The position numbers and the translations under genes are program-made. Of a stretch of DNA of 64,000 nt, positions 27,333 to 36,342 are shown one piece after another. Where the stretch lies: contig OZ251518.1 in NCBI GenBank assembly GCA_965242965.1, positions 800,001 to 864,000 of the forward strand, given 5' to 3'. The DNA is from Candidatus Poribacteria bacterium. GTDB lineage: Bacteria; Poribacteria; WGA-4E; WGA-3G. The notes under the pieces are model-generated. The model saw only the letters and a program-made list of their open reading frames with translations, ran no database searches and had not been told where the DNA came from. Numbering within the stretch: position 1 is the stretch's first letter; every line of letters begins with the position of its first letter.

Positions 27333-28888
27333 CTGGAGGCCATATCTTTGTTGAATGTTTGAAAGCACAAGGCGTTGAGGTAATCTTCGGATTGCCGGGA
27401 AACCACCTTGACACTGTCTATGAGGCGTTATATTACAACCAAGACAGCATCCGCCACTACGTCACGCGGCACGAGGGCGGCACGGCGTTCATGGCAGATG
27501 GCTATGCCCGCGCCACCGGCGATGTCGGTGTGTGCATGACTGTGCCTGGGCCCGGTTCTAACAACGCCTCTATCGGGATTTGCGAGGCGTATACGGCGTG
27601 TTCACCCGTGCTGTGGGTAACCGGGCAGAATCCATCTTCGCTGGCTCACAAAGACCCGAGGAAGAGTTTCCACGGCTTGGATCAGCGCGCCGCCTTCGCA
27701 TCGATGACGAAACACATTGAGATTGTGCATCAAGTGGAACAGATTCCAGCCGCTGTTAACCGCGCGTTCGGTGCGCTGCGCTCAGGCAGGCCCGGACCGG
27801 TGTTGATTGAATTGGCAACCGATGCATTGCAAGCAAAGGCGGATTTGCCCATCCCGCCGAGAAATAACGGCATCCGCACCGCGGCAAGCGACGCGGATAT
27901 TGAGGCGGCGGTGAAACTTTTATGCGCCGCGGAACGGCCGTTCATTCTCTCGGGTAGCGGCGTTAGCCACTCCCGCGCAACCGAAGAACTGCTTGCATTC
28001 GCGCGCCGCCTCAACGCGCCGATAGCGATGACGAGCATGGGCAAAGGTTCTGTCCCCGAAGATTCGCCTTACTCCATCGGCATCTTTCGGGACAGCGTTG
28101 CGCAAGCAGCGATGGCAGCGGCAGATCTGGTGATTGCCATCGGCACTCGATTTACTTATCGAGATACCGGCAATTGGACGCTGAAAATCGATAAACCGTT
28201 GTTGCACATCGAGGCTGACGTGGAAGAGATTCACAAGGAATACCCCGCAACCCTCGGCATCGGTGCGGATGCGAAGTGCGTTTTGCAACAACTAAACGCC
28301 GCGTTGCACGGCGAGAAACGGACAGATGGATGGGGGGAAGGAGTCCGGCAATTACGGAATCAATTCACAGCCATTGAACCGCCGCAAATCCTACGAGAGA
28401 TGCGCGATGTCTTGCCGCGCGATGCCATCTTATCGGTAGATGTCAACGTCACCGGTTACGGCGCGCTGCCGCATTTTCCTGTCTATTCTCCCGGAAGTTT
28501 CATCTTCTCCGGCATTTCTGTCGCCATGGGAATTGGTTTGACAGGTGCTATCGGTGCGCAAGTTGCGTATCCGGACAGGAAGGTTGTCGCCCTCAGCGGC
28601 GATGGCGGCTTCCTCATGACGAGCCCCGACTTGGCGACAGCGGTGATGTATAACCTCCCCATCGTCACGCTGGTGATGAACGATAATCAGTATACTTCCA
28701 TTGAGCGAGGACAACTGCGCCGTTTCGGCAAGCGCATCGGCGTTGAATTGGTGAACCCGGATTTCGTGCAGTTCGCCGAATCGTTCGGGGCAATCGGGCT
28801 GCGGGTTGAAGACCCGGGCGATTTCAAACCGGTGCTTGAGAAGGCACTCGCTTTGGATAAACCAGTCGTCGTTGAAGTGATGAAGTAG
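27329..28888 (+). CDS. Thiamine pyrophosphate-binding enzyme (acetolactate synthase large subunit-like)
   Basis: IFGLPG, RHE..AFMADGYAR, GPG, GRPGPV and GDGGF..N ThDP motifs; NPDFV.FAESFG. Confidence 0.92.
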   Translation: MTGGHIFVECLKAQGVEVIFGLPGNHLDTVYEALYYNQDSIRHYVTRHEGGTAFMADGYARATGDVGVCMTVPGPGSNNASIGICEAYTACSPVLWVTGQNPSSLAHKDPRKSFHGLDQRAAFASMTKHIEIVHQVEQIPAAVNRAFGALRSGRPGPVLIELATDALQAKADLPIPPRNNGIRTAASDADIEAAVKLLCAAERPFILSGSGVSHSRATEELLAFARRLNAPIAMTSMGKGSVPEDSPYSIGIFRDSVAQAAMAAADLVIAIGTRFTYRDTGNWTLKIDKPLLHIEADVEEIHKEYPATLGIGADAKCVLQQLNAALHGEKRTDGWGEGVRQLRNQFTAIEPPQILREMRDVLPRDAILSVDVNVTGYGALPHFPVYSPGSFIFSGISVAMGIGLTGAIGAQVAYPDRKVVALSGDGGFLMTSPDLATAVMYNLPIVTLVMNDNQYTSIERGQLRRFGKRIGVELVNPDFVQFAESFGAIGLRVEDPGDFKPVLEKALALDKPVVVEVMK

Positions 28889-29038
28889 GAGAGTCGCTTG
28901 CATCGAGACCGGGAGGTCTCTCCTACGGGGACAGGGAGGGCTCTCCTATGGAGAGTCGTCGTTGAAGTGATGAAGTAGGAGGAATCTCCAGGTCTCGAAC
29001 GTAGGCGGGATTTCCACATCCCGAAAGGAATTTTAACT

Positions 29039-30241
29039 ATGCCTAAAAAAATCGGAGTTTTAACAGGGGGCGGCGATACGAGCGCGCTTAACGCCACCCT
29101 CAAAGGAATCGCCTTGAAAGCCGAGGAACTCGGTTTTGAATTGGTGGGGTTCATGGAGGGGTGGAAAGGCGTGCTGAAAGGCGGACGCTATTTCACCCTC
29201 ACCCCGGACTTAATTGACGAAAATTATGGGGGCACGCTGCTGAAAAGTTCGCGCACCAACCTCATCGCGATGAACAAATTGGACGAGGCGATTCAGAACC
29301 TAAAAAAATTGGACATTAGCGGCCTCATCCCCATCGGCGGTGACGATACGCTGACAGTCGGTGCCGCGCTCTCCGAGCAGTTCACCACCGGGTTCGTCAC
29401 AAAAACAATTGACAACGATGTCGGCATCAATCCGCCGGAAGGCGATACCGTTGATTACTCGAAGATGGTGAACTATTTCTGCCCCGGGTTCCCGACAGCG
29501 GCGAGCCGCATCATCAGTGCTGTCCGCGACTTGCGCACCACAGCCTATTCGCACGACAGGGTTATCGTGGTGGAGGCGATGGGACGGGATGCAGGATGGT
29601 TGACACTCGCCGCTGCTTATGGCCACGCAGATCTCATCGTTGTGCCGGAGGTGCCGTATCAACCAGACCGGCTGGCGGAAGCGATTCGCGAGAAACACGC
29701 CGAACGCGGTGACGTGATTGTCGTCGTCTCGGAGGGTATCCGAAACGATAATGGCGAATTAATGATAACCTCGCAAGCAGAATTGGACGCGTTCGGGCAC
29801 ACAAAACCGGGCGGCTGTTCCGAGATTATCGTGGAGGCGATGAAGACGCGGCTCCCACATATTTCGGGTTCGGCGTTCCGGGCGTTGATACTCGGCTATC
29901 TCCAACGGTGTGGCAGCCCAACGCCTTTGGATAGAGACTCGGCGATTAAGGCGGGTGCCCTCGCCGTGCGCGCGCTTGCAGATGGCATGGTAAACGGTGT
30001 CGCGACGATTACGCGAACCGATACCGGCATTGAACCGACGTTATTGCCGTTAGAGCAGGTATTGAAACGCGATGATACGGGGCATGTCATCCGTCGCAGC
30101 CTCGATCTTCGGTTTTACGATGCCGAGCGGTATCAGATGTCGGCGGCGGGTGCGGGGTATTTCCGTCCCCTCTTCGGTGATCTGCCGCGGCGTTCACTGT
30201 CCTTGGATGAGCGCGGCATCTCGATCGGCGAGATTGCGTAA
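29039..30241 (+). CDS. pfkA: 6-phosphofructokinase, probably PPi-dependent
   Basis: TGGGD, GGDDT, KTIDND, EAMGRDAGW, VSEG and LGYLQR motifs. Confidence 0.88.
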   Translation: MPKKIGVLTGGGDTSALNATLKGIALKAEELGFELVGFMEGWKGVLKGGRYFTLTPDLIDENYGGTLLKSSRTNLIAMNKLDEAIQNLKKLDISGLIPIGGDDTLTVGAALSEQFTTGFVTKTIDNDVGINPPEGDTVDYSKMVNYFCPGFPTAASRIISAVRDLRTTAYSHDRVIVVEAMGRDAGWLTLAAAYGHADLIVVPEVPYQPDRLAEAIREKHAERGDVIVVVSEGIRNDNGELMITSQAELDAFGHTKPGGCSEIIVEAMKTRLPHISGSAFRALILGYLQRCGSPTPLDRDSAIKAGALAVRALADGMVNGVATITRTDTGIEPTLLPLEQVLKRDDTGHVIRRSLDLRFYDAERYQMSAAGAGYFRPLFGDLPRRSLSLDERGISIGEIA

Positions 30242-30308
30242 ATAGGAATGCTCTTCCGTAGGCGCGGTTTCAAACCGCGCCTACCGGGAGCGTTTCTGTG
30301 CAATTTGA

Positions 30309-30338
30309 TTGACATTTGTCAACCGAATAGGGTATCAT
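30309..30338 (+). promoter_or_regulatory. Promoter whose -35 is half of a perfect TTGACA-TT-TGTCAA inverted repeat
   Basis: TTGACA 30309-30314, TGTCAA 30317-30322, TATCAT 30333-30338. Confidence 0.55.
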
Positions 30339-30348
30339 AATATCAGCT

Positions 30349-31119
30349 ATGAATACACACATTGAGATTTCGCGGTTGGAAGACTACATCAACCACATCG
30401 GCAATATCACTACATCGGAGAGGAGTCACCTCTATCGCGGGCAAGAAGACGCAGAGTGGGAAGTGACAAGCAGTGTCTATCGGCGTTTGTTAAGAGTCCA
30501 TAAGGGACAGAGGCAGTTACTCCCCTCGCTGTGCTGGGGTTATCTTCTCCAGCTCGTTGATGAAGTTCAACTTGAATATCCATCAATCTACCGAAGCCTG
30601 TCTCCGTTGGAGTGTCTGGCACACTTGCAACACAACGGTGTCGCGACAGGACTAATCGATTTTACGTTTAATCCGCTTGTTGCCCTGTGGTTTGCCTGCG
30701 CAGAGGAGGCAAAGAAGGCAAGCGGCAAAGTCACTGTTTTGGAAAACGACAGTGCTCAGATTTGTCCAATAAAGTCAATAAAGGAGCTTGAAAGTGGGTT
30801 AGAAAATTTCTTTGGCCCCGCTGGAAGCGAATGGCACCTTTGGGCACCGGCGTTGGATAGTCGAGTGGTAGACACCCAACGCATCACCCGGCAATATTCC
30901 GTGTTTCTCTTTGGTTTACCCGAAGTGGGCGACGAAATGATCTCCAACGAAATCGTGATTCCTCATGCTCACAAAGCGGTGTTGATAACCGAACTGGCAA
31001 CTGTGGGCATCTCGGAGGAGACGCTCTTTGCCGATCCGCCCGCTTTTTGGGAGAGGAACACGTCACAACACTATTACGACATGGAACTCATCAAACCTTA
31101 CTATGGAGAAATCCTATGA
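30349..31119 (+). CDS. FRG domain protein
   Basis: LYRGQ, LQHNG.ATGLIDFT.NPLVALWFAC, RI..Q.SVF and L...GISEETLF.D motifs. Confidence 0.9.
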   Translation: MNTHIEISRLEDYINHIGNITTSERSHLYRGQEDAEWEVTSSVYRRLLRVHKGQRQLLPSLCWGYLLQLVDEVQLEYPSIYRSLSPLECLAHLQHNGVATGLIDFTFNPLVALWFACAEEAKKASGKVTVLENDSAQICPIKSIKELESGLENFFGPAGSEWHLWAPALDSRVVDTQRITRQYSVFLFGLPEVGDEMISNEIVIPHAHKAVLITELATVGISEETLFADPPAFWERNTSQHYYDMELIKPYYGEIL

Positions 31120-31892
31120 GCGAAAACAGAGTCATTAAAGGGGTTCACCTCCACTCGCACTATTTGATTCGTGGCAGTTTCAGGTTGGCTGCTGACGAAT
31201 ACGACCCGGCAATTGAGGACTTTAACAAGTCGCTTGAGTTAAAACCGGATCAGGTGCACGCACATAGTTATCGCGGCCTCGCTTATCTGGCTAAAGGCGA
31301 ATACGATTTAGCGGGTGAGGACTTCAACACCGTAAGGAAACTTGATCCGAAGTATCCTTACACCTATTACAATCTCGGCGAACTTTACCGTGCTCAAGGC
31401 GATGTGGCGCGAGCGATTGAGGAATATAACGCCGCCATAAAATGCCAGATTGATTTGGCAGAGGCATACAATCGGCTCGGCGAAATTTACTACGCTCAAG
31501 GCGACGTGGCGCGGGCGATTGAAGAATACTCCACTGCCATCAAATGGCGATACCATTTTGTGGATGCCTATATCAACCGCGGCACTGCCTATTACGAGAA
31601 AGGTGCCCTGATGCGTGCCATCAAAGACTTCAGCCGGGTGATAGAATTCAACCCTCAGTTTGCCGAGGCGTATTACTATCGTGGTAACGCCTATCGGGAC
31701 AAAGGCTACTACGAATTCGCTATTGAGAATTATAGCGAGGCAATCAGTCTCAAACCCGATTATGCCGAAGCGCAGGCGGAAATAATCGCCGAGTTTCGGA
31801 AGCATTATGAAAGCCTCGCGGCATTTGAGGAAGAAACCGGCGAGACTTTGCCGCAAGACATCGCCGCATTGGTAACGCAACCACAGTCGTGA
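31116..31892 (+). CDS. Tetratricopeptide repeat protein
   Basis: About 6 TPRs (AY.NRG.AY...G....AI.D); ATGA overlap with the FRG gene. Confidence 0.9.
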   Translation: MSENRVIKGVHLHSHYLIRGSFRLAADEYDPAIEDFNKSLELKPDQVHAHSYRGLAYLAKGEYDLAGEDFNTVRKLDPKYPYTYYNLGELYRAQGDVARAIEEYNAAIKCQIDLAEAYNRLGEIYYAQGDVARAIEEYSTAIKWRYHFVDAYINRGTAYYEKGALMRAIKDFSRVIEFNPQFAEAYYYRGNAYRDKGYYEFAIENYSEAISLKPDYAEAQAEIIAEFRKHYESLAAFEEETGETLPQDIAALVTQPQS

Positions 31893-31898
31893 AAACCG

Positions 31899-32360
31899 AT
31901 GAATCTGCCGCAAGAATATCTGGCAATGTGCCGACATCCCGAAATTCAGGCTCTGTGCCCCGAAAAAGTGCCTCAACCTGCATCGCGAGGGCCTGTCCCT
32001 CGCGAGCCGGCCCAACCCGTAGCGCGAGGGCCTGTCCCTCGCGATCTCGCGGAATCAGAGAACCTACGCGATCTCGCGGAATCAGAGAACCTACGCGATC
32101 TCGCGGAATCAAAAAACCTATGGCTCCCCACGCGCGAACAACTCCTCGCGCTTTTGGCGGAGAAATTACCCTATCCAGAAACATCCATTTTTCGCCAAAC
32201 TGCCGACGGATGGGAATACCAGACATGCCTACGCGAATGGGCATCAGATTACGGCACCTATATCGATGCACACCGCCGATTCGTCGGCACTTGCCCAGAA
32301 ATGGTGCTGCTGCAGGCGTTAACCGCAACCCTCGGCATCGGCGAACGATGGATGGTGTAA
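31899..32360 (+). CDS. Hypothetical protein with an in-frame REP insertion and 9-aa tandem repeats
   Basis: YLAMC..PEIQAL, then RGPVPR x2 and RDLAES(E/K)NL x3, then WLPTREQL..EMVLLQAL. Confidence 0.6.
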   Translation: MNLPQEYLAMCRHPEIQALCPEKVPQPASRGPVPREPAQPVARGPVPRDLAESENLRDLAESENLRDLAESKNLWLPTREQLLALLAEKLPYPETSIFRQTADGWEYQTCLREWASDYGTYIDAHRRFVGTCPEMVLLQALTATLGIGERWMV

Positions 32361-32383
32361 GGACAGAAAAACGGAGGAACGCG

Positions 32384-33091
32384 ATGAACTTTGGAACCCT
32401 ATTGACAACAATCCAAGAATACCAACAGGCACAAATACCGACTTTCGAGACATTAAATTCCCTCCTGAACGATACGTTCGGCGGCTGGCTGGCATCGCAA
32501 GGCATTAGTCACCTCGCGCTGCTTCCGAAAGCCAGGCTCTGTCTCAACGTGACAGGCCAACTCCAAAACGCCGCGCAGATCGAAGGGATTGAATTATATC
32601 AACGCTTTCTCATTGTCGCCTTGCGAGAAATTGCAGGGCCCGATGCAATTGCGGCGGCACTCACGCACTACGATTCCGATGGTGACGGTGCTTACGTCTG
32701 GCTCATCCCGGACGGCTACATGGCGGCGTTAACCCCGGCCGAACAGGAGTGGGAACGAGATGGCGGCGGCTATTTCTCGCACGAATCCATCTGCATCTCC
32801 AATACGTCAGACCGCGGGACCCGGTGTCTGTTAGAGGTGCTTTATGAGGATACGTCCATCGCAAACGTTTCTTGCGAGTTTGACGTGCCGGCGCACCGGT
32901 CCGTGCATTATCGCTTGGATAAACTGCAGGACGACAGCGGCGCACCGCTCATCGCGAAAGACGCGCCGGTCAGTTACAAAATCACGAGTCGCTACGCGCG
33001 CATTGTCGTCCAAGGCTCACGCATCCTGACTAGCGGCGAAAATAGCGCGTTCGCCAGTTTCGGCACCGTCATGGCATGGTGCCCGCAATAA
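32384..33091 (+). CDS. Protein with a C-terminal ASRT (Anabaena sensory rhodopsin transducer-like) domain
   Basis: G..VWLIPDGY..SHESICISN..VPAHRSVH.RLD.L..IVVQ.SR matches the ASRT pattern; GGAGG RBS. Confidence 0.75.
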   Translation: MNFGTLLTTIQEYQQAQIPTFETLNSLLNDTFGGWLASQGISHLALLPKARLCLNVTGQLQNAAQIEGIELYQRFLIVALREIAGPDAIAAALTHYDSDGDGAYVWLIPDGYMAALTPAEQEWERDGGGYFSHESICISNTSDRGTRCLLEVLYEDTSIANVSCEFDVPAHRSVHYRLDKLQDDSGAPLIAKDAPVSYKITSRYARIVVQGSRILTSGENSAFASFGTVMAWCPQ

Positions 33092-33112
33092 AGAAGAGAG
33101 GAGAACGAACTG

Positions 33113-33706
33113 ATGAAAATTCATGACGAGTCGGCGTTTGAGGCGGCATGCAAGCACTTTGACGAAGGCACCGCGAAAGTAGACCGGCTGCAATTTGACG
33201 AGGCTGTTGAAGACTTCAACGAGGCGATCCGATTAGCACCGGACTTCGCCGAGGCATACCATAACCGCGGCGTTGTGTTGGCAAAAACAGGACAATCGGA
33301 AGCGGCGATATCGGACTTTACCGAGGCAATCCGATCGAACCCTGTGCAAGCCATTTCCTACAGCAATCGAGGGTTTGAACGAGCGAACCTCGGGCAATTC
33401 CAAGAAGCTGTTGACGATTACGACATCGCCATCACCTTGGCACCCGATGTGACTGACAACTATGGCAAACGCGGATTTGCAAAGGCTGCCCTCGGACAAA
33501 CGGAAGCCGCCATTGAAGATTTCGACGAGGTCCTCCGTCGGAATCCCGATGATCTTGGCGCGTATGGCGGCCGCGGCCTTGCGAAGGCGATACTCGGCCA
33601 CATCACGGAAGCGAAGCAGGATATCCAAAAGGCATTGAAACTCGCCGAAGGCGGGGACCCGAGAGTTATCGCCGCTCTTCAGCAAACCCTCTCTGGTCTT
33701 GGTTAA
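33113..33706 (+). CDS. Tetratricopeptide repeat protein
   Basis: About 5 TPRs (AYHNRG, SYSNRG, YGKRG). Confidence 0.9.
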   Translation: MKIHDESAFEAACKHFDEGTAKVDRLQFDEAVEDFNEAIRLAPDFAEAYHNRGVVLAKTGQSEAAISDFTEAIRSNPVQAISYSNRGFERANLGQFQEAVDDYDIAITLAPDVTDNYGKRGFAKAALGQTEAAIEDFDEVLRRNPDDLGAYGGRGLAKAILGHITEAKQDIQKALKLAEGGDPRVIAALQQTLSGLG

Positions 33707-33724
33707 GCAGTGAGAATTACCCTC

Positions 33725-33980
33725 TTTCGGTCCGTAGGACCTTAATGTCTATAGCACGTCCGCATTAACCGTAGCGCGAGGGCCTGTCCCTCGCGATCTA
33801 GTATTCTTCTTTCACCGTAGACCGTTTCGGGATCAGGCGATCCCGAACTACTTTATTAACCCGTAGCGCGAGGGCCTGTCCCTCGCGATCTAGCATTCTT
33901 CTTTCACCGTAGCGCGAGGGCCTGTCCCTCGCGATTGCCGCTTATTAACCCGTAGTGCGAGGGCCTGTCCCTCGCAATCG
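33725..33980. repeat. REP cluster (gtagcgcgagggcctgtccctcgcg x4)
   Basis: Repeated palindromes between co-oriented genes. Confidence 0.85.
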
Positions 33981-34003
33981 CCCGATCCGACAAGGAGACT
34001 CAA

Positions 34004-35470
34004 ATGAACCCAAAAACCCAATTCCCGCGGAAACGACTCCCTTACCTCACCGTCGCCGCCCTGTTCCTCTTCTCCATAACAACCGTTGCATCTGCCTTAA
34101 CCACGGAACAGATTGCCAAAAAAGCGTTAGCCGCCACTGTCTATTTAGAGATGAAAAATAGCACCGGCACGACACTCGGTTTTGGCAGCGGCTTCTTCGT
34201 CAAACCGGACCAGATTGCCACCAATTTCCACGTCATTGAAGGCGCAGCGCGAGGCACAGCGAAGTTAGTCGGCAAATACGCGCGGTATCAAATCGAAGGC
34301 ATCATCGCCACCGATAAGGACAACGATCTCGCCGTTCTGAAAGTCACCGCGTATGGTATCCCCCCGTTGTCCCTCGGCGATAGCGATACCGTGAATATCG
34401 GCGCGAAGGTTTACGTCGCCGGCAACCCGAAAGGACTAGAAGGGACATTCTCTGATGGCCTCATCAGCCGCCGCGAGCGTTATCCCAAAAAGCGGCTCCA
34501 GATGACAGCACCGATTTCGCCGGGGAGTAGCGGCGGGCCCGTGCTGAATAGCAAGGGACAGGTTATCGGGATTTCAGTTTCTGTCCATCGTGCCCTTGAC
34601 GCGCAGAACCTGAATTTTGCGATTCCATCAAATTACCTGAAGGTGCTGTTGGCAAAGGCGCGTCCTGCCAAACCTTTGTCGAAGAATAGCCCATCCATAT
34701 CTGCGGAGACCTACTTCCTTCGCGGGAATGCGAAAGATGAGTTGGGGTTGTATCATGCCGCCATTTCTGATTACGATGAGGCTATCCGCCTCAAACCTAA
34801 CTATGCCGGTGCTTACAACAACCGGGGACATGCGAAAGCGGCATTAGGCGAATACTTTCCCGCTATTGCTGATTATGATATGACTATCCGCCTCAAGCCA
34901 GATGATGTCAATGCCTACTTCAATAGGGGAATTGCGAAGTATGCTCTGGAGCAATATGAGGCCGCGATTGCGGATTATACGGCGGGTATCCGTCTCAAAC
35001 CTGATTATGCCTTTGCCTACTACATGCGGGGACATGTGAAGTATGATCTGAAGCGATATGAGGCCGCTATTGCGGATTATGACGTGGCTATCCGCCTCAG
35101 ACCTGATTATGCCGGTGCCTACTACAATCGGGGACATGCGAAGTATAGTCTGAAGCAATACTTCCGTGCCATCTCTGATTATGATATGGCAATTCGCCTC
35201 AACCCCGACTATGCCAATGCCTACGTCTATCGGGGACATGCGAAGCGTGATCTGAAGCAATATGAGGCCGCTATTGCGGATTATGATATAGCGATTCTTC
35301 TCAAACCCGACTATGCCGATGCCTACTACATGCGGGGATTTGCGAAGGCCCTGCTCAAGCGGACTTGGGAGGCGAAGCAGGATTTTCGGACTGCATGGGG
35401 ACTCGCGGAAAAGGCGGGCGATGAGAGCCTTAAAGCCCACATTGAGGAAACTCTTCGGCTTCTTGAATAG
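34004..35470 (+). CDS. Secreted trypsin-like serine protease (Trypsin_2) fused to TPR repeats
   Basis: Signal peptide; GSGFF, TNFHV (His), DLAVL (Asp) and ISPGSSGGP (Ser); about 7 TPRs. Confidence 0.92.
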   Translation: MNPKTQFPRKRLPYLTVAALFLFSITTVASALTTEQIAKKALAATVYLEMKNSTGTTLGFGSGFFVKPDQIATNFHVIEGAARGTAKLVGKYARYQIEGIIATDKDNDLAVLKVTAYGIPPLSLGDSDTVNIGAKVYVAGNPKGLEGTFSDGLISRRERYPKKRLQMTAPISPGSSGGPVLNSKGQVIGISVSVHRALDAQNLNFAIPSNYLKVLLAKARPAKPLSKNSPSISAETYFLRGNAKDELGLYHAAISDYDEAIRLKPNYAGAYNNRGHAKAALGEYFPAIADYDMTIRLKPDDVNAYFNRGIAKYALEQYEAAIADYTAGIRLKPDYAFAYYMRGHVKYDLKRYEAAIADYDVAIRLRPDYAGAYYNRGHAKYSLKQYFRAISDYDMAIRLNPDYANAYVYRGHAKRDLKQYEAAIADYDIAILLKPDYADAYYMRGFAKALLKRTWEAKQDFRTAWGLAEKAGDESLKAHIEETLRLLE

Positions 35471-35510
35471 TCACATTTTCTCGCGCAAAAATGCCTGCAG
35501 CAAAATTAAT

Positions 35511-35540
35511 TTGACATGAAAGCGCGAAATGTGGTATCCT
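35511..35540 (+). promoter_or_regulatory. Sigma70-type promoter TTGACA-18-TATCCT with TG extension
   Basis: Lies upstream of the structured leader and the TIR gene. Confidence 0.6.
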
Positions 35541-35543
35541 ATT

Positions 35544-35730
35544 TGCAATGCAGTGGTTAATTCCTTTGAGCATCCGCAACCGATTCGCGGTTGCGGATGG
35601 ACATTGCATCCGGAAATTTGCGACCGCGAAGCCGGAAGAACCAGATACGGGTAGTTTTCACATTTTCCTCTCTAAAAATCCTTTTCTGTGCTAAAATGGT
35701 TTGCACAGACTGATATCAAGGAATTAACTG
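35544..35730 (+). ncRNA. Putative structured RNA or leader upstream of the Thoeris-like genes
   Basis: 11-bp perfect long-range IR (35556-35566/35718-35728); 12-bp perfect hairpin 35571-35599; hairpins at 35609-35636 and 35685-35709. Confidence 0.45.
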
Positions 35731-35760
35731 AAACCATCTTCAAACCTAGCAGGTGGAGTT

Positions 35761-36342
35761 ATGAGTACCGACAAGAAATTCCACGTTTGCTTCGACGGTG
35801 TTAATGATTTTCATTACTACCGGATGATGCAAGAATGGAAGCGAAACCACTACCTGAGATTTGATTTTCACCACTCACGTGGCTTCGGTGGTGAAAACCC
35901 CTGGGAAACGGCTAAGTCCGGCCGAGTAAAGTCAATTCGTCCGGATGAACCCTTCGTCGTTTTGATTGGGGAAAGCACGCGCTATCTCCGTTTTGTGGAT
36001 TGGGAGATAAGACAGGCATTGGAACAACACGTGCCCATAATCGGGGTGAACTTGAACGGCCTGAGATTCCAAGACCTCGATCGGTGTCCCGATATTCTTC
36101 ACGGCAAACTAGCTGTTCACATCAGCTTTAACGCCCTTATCTTGCAGCATGCTTTGGAGACTTGGCCAGGGCATCACGACAGATTGCGGGAACAAGGGAA
36201 ATCGGGGCCCTACTACTACAACCAAAGCCACTACGAGAAATTAGGCATAGGACGGACGCAGAACGAATCCCGTGGGCGCGGTGACAAACCGCGTAATCCT
36301 GCACGTGCGTGGTTTCAAACCGAGTCTACCAGGGGGAAATGA
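35761..36342 (+). CDS. thsB: Thoeris ThsB-like TIR domain protein (DUF1863/MTH538-like)
   Basis: HVCFDG.ND.HYYR.M.EWK, FVVLIGE.TRY.RFVDWEI..AL...VPIIGVNLNG.R..D..RCP; catalytic Glu in WEI. Confidence 0.8.
   Translation: MSTDKKFHVCFDGVNDFHYYRMMQEWKRNHYLRFDFHHSRGFGGENPWETAKSGRVKSIRPDEPFVVLIGESTRYLRFVDWEIRQALEQHVPIIGVNLNGLRFQDLDRCPDILHGKLAVHISFNALILQHALETWPGHHDRLREQGKSGPYYYNQSHYEKLGIGRTQNESRGRGDKPRNPARAWFQTESTRGK

Noticed and set aside
31889-32383. N-terminal 165 aa of the 400-aa ORF 31889..33091
   Set aside because: It overlaps ORF 31899..32360 in another frame and is repeat-derived; a GGAGG RBS supports the start at 32384.
35544-35730. Calling a complete retron
   Set aside because: No reverse transcriptase (YADD/VTG motifs) is encoded in the window; kept only as a structured-RNA hypothesis.
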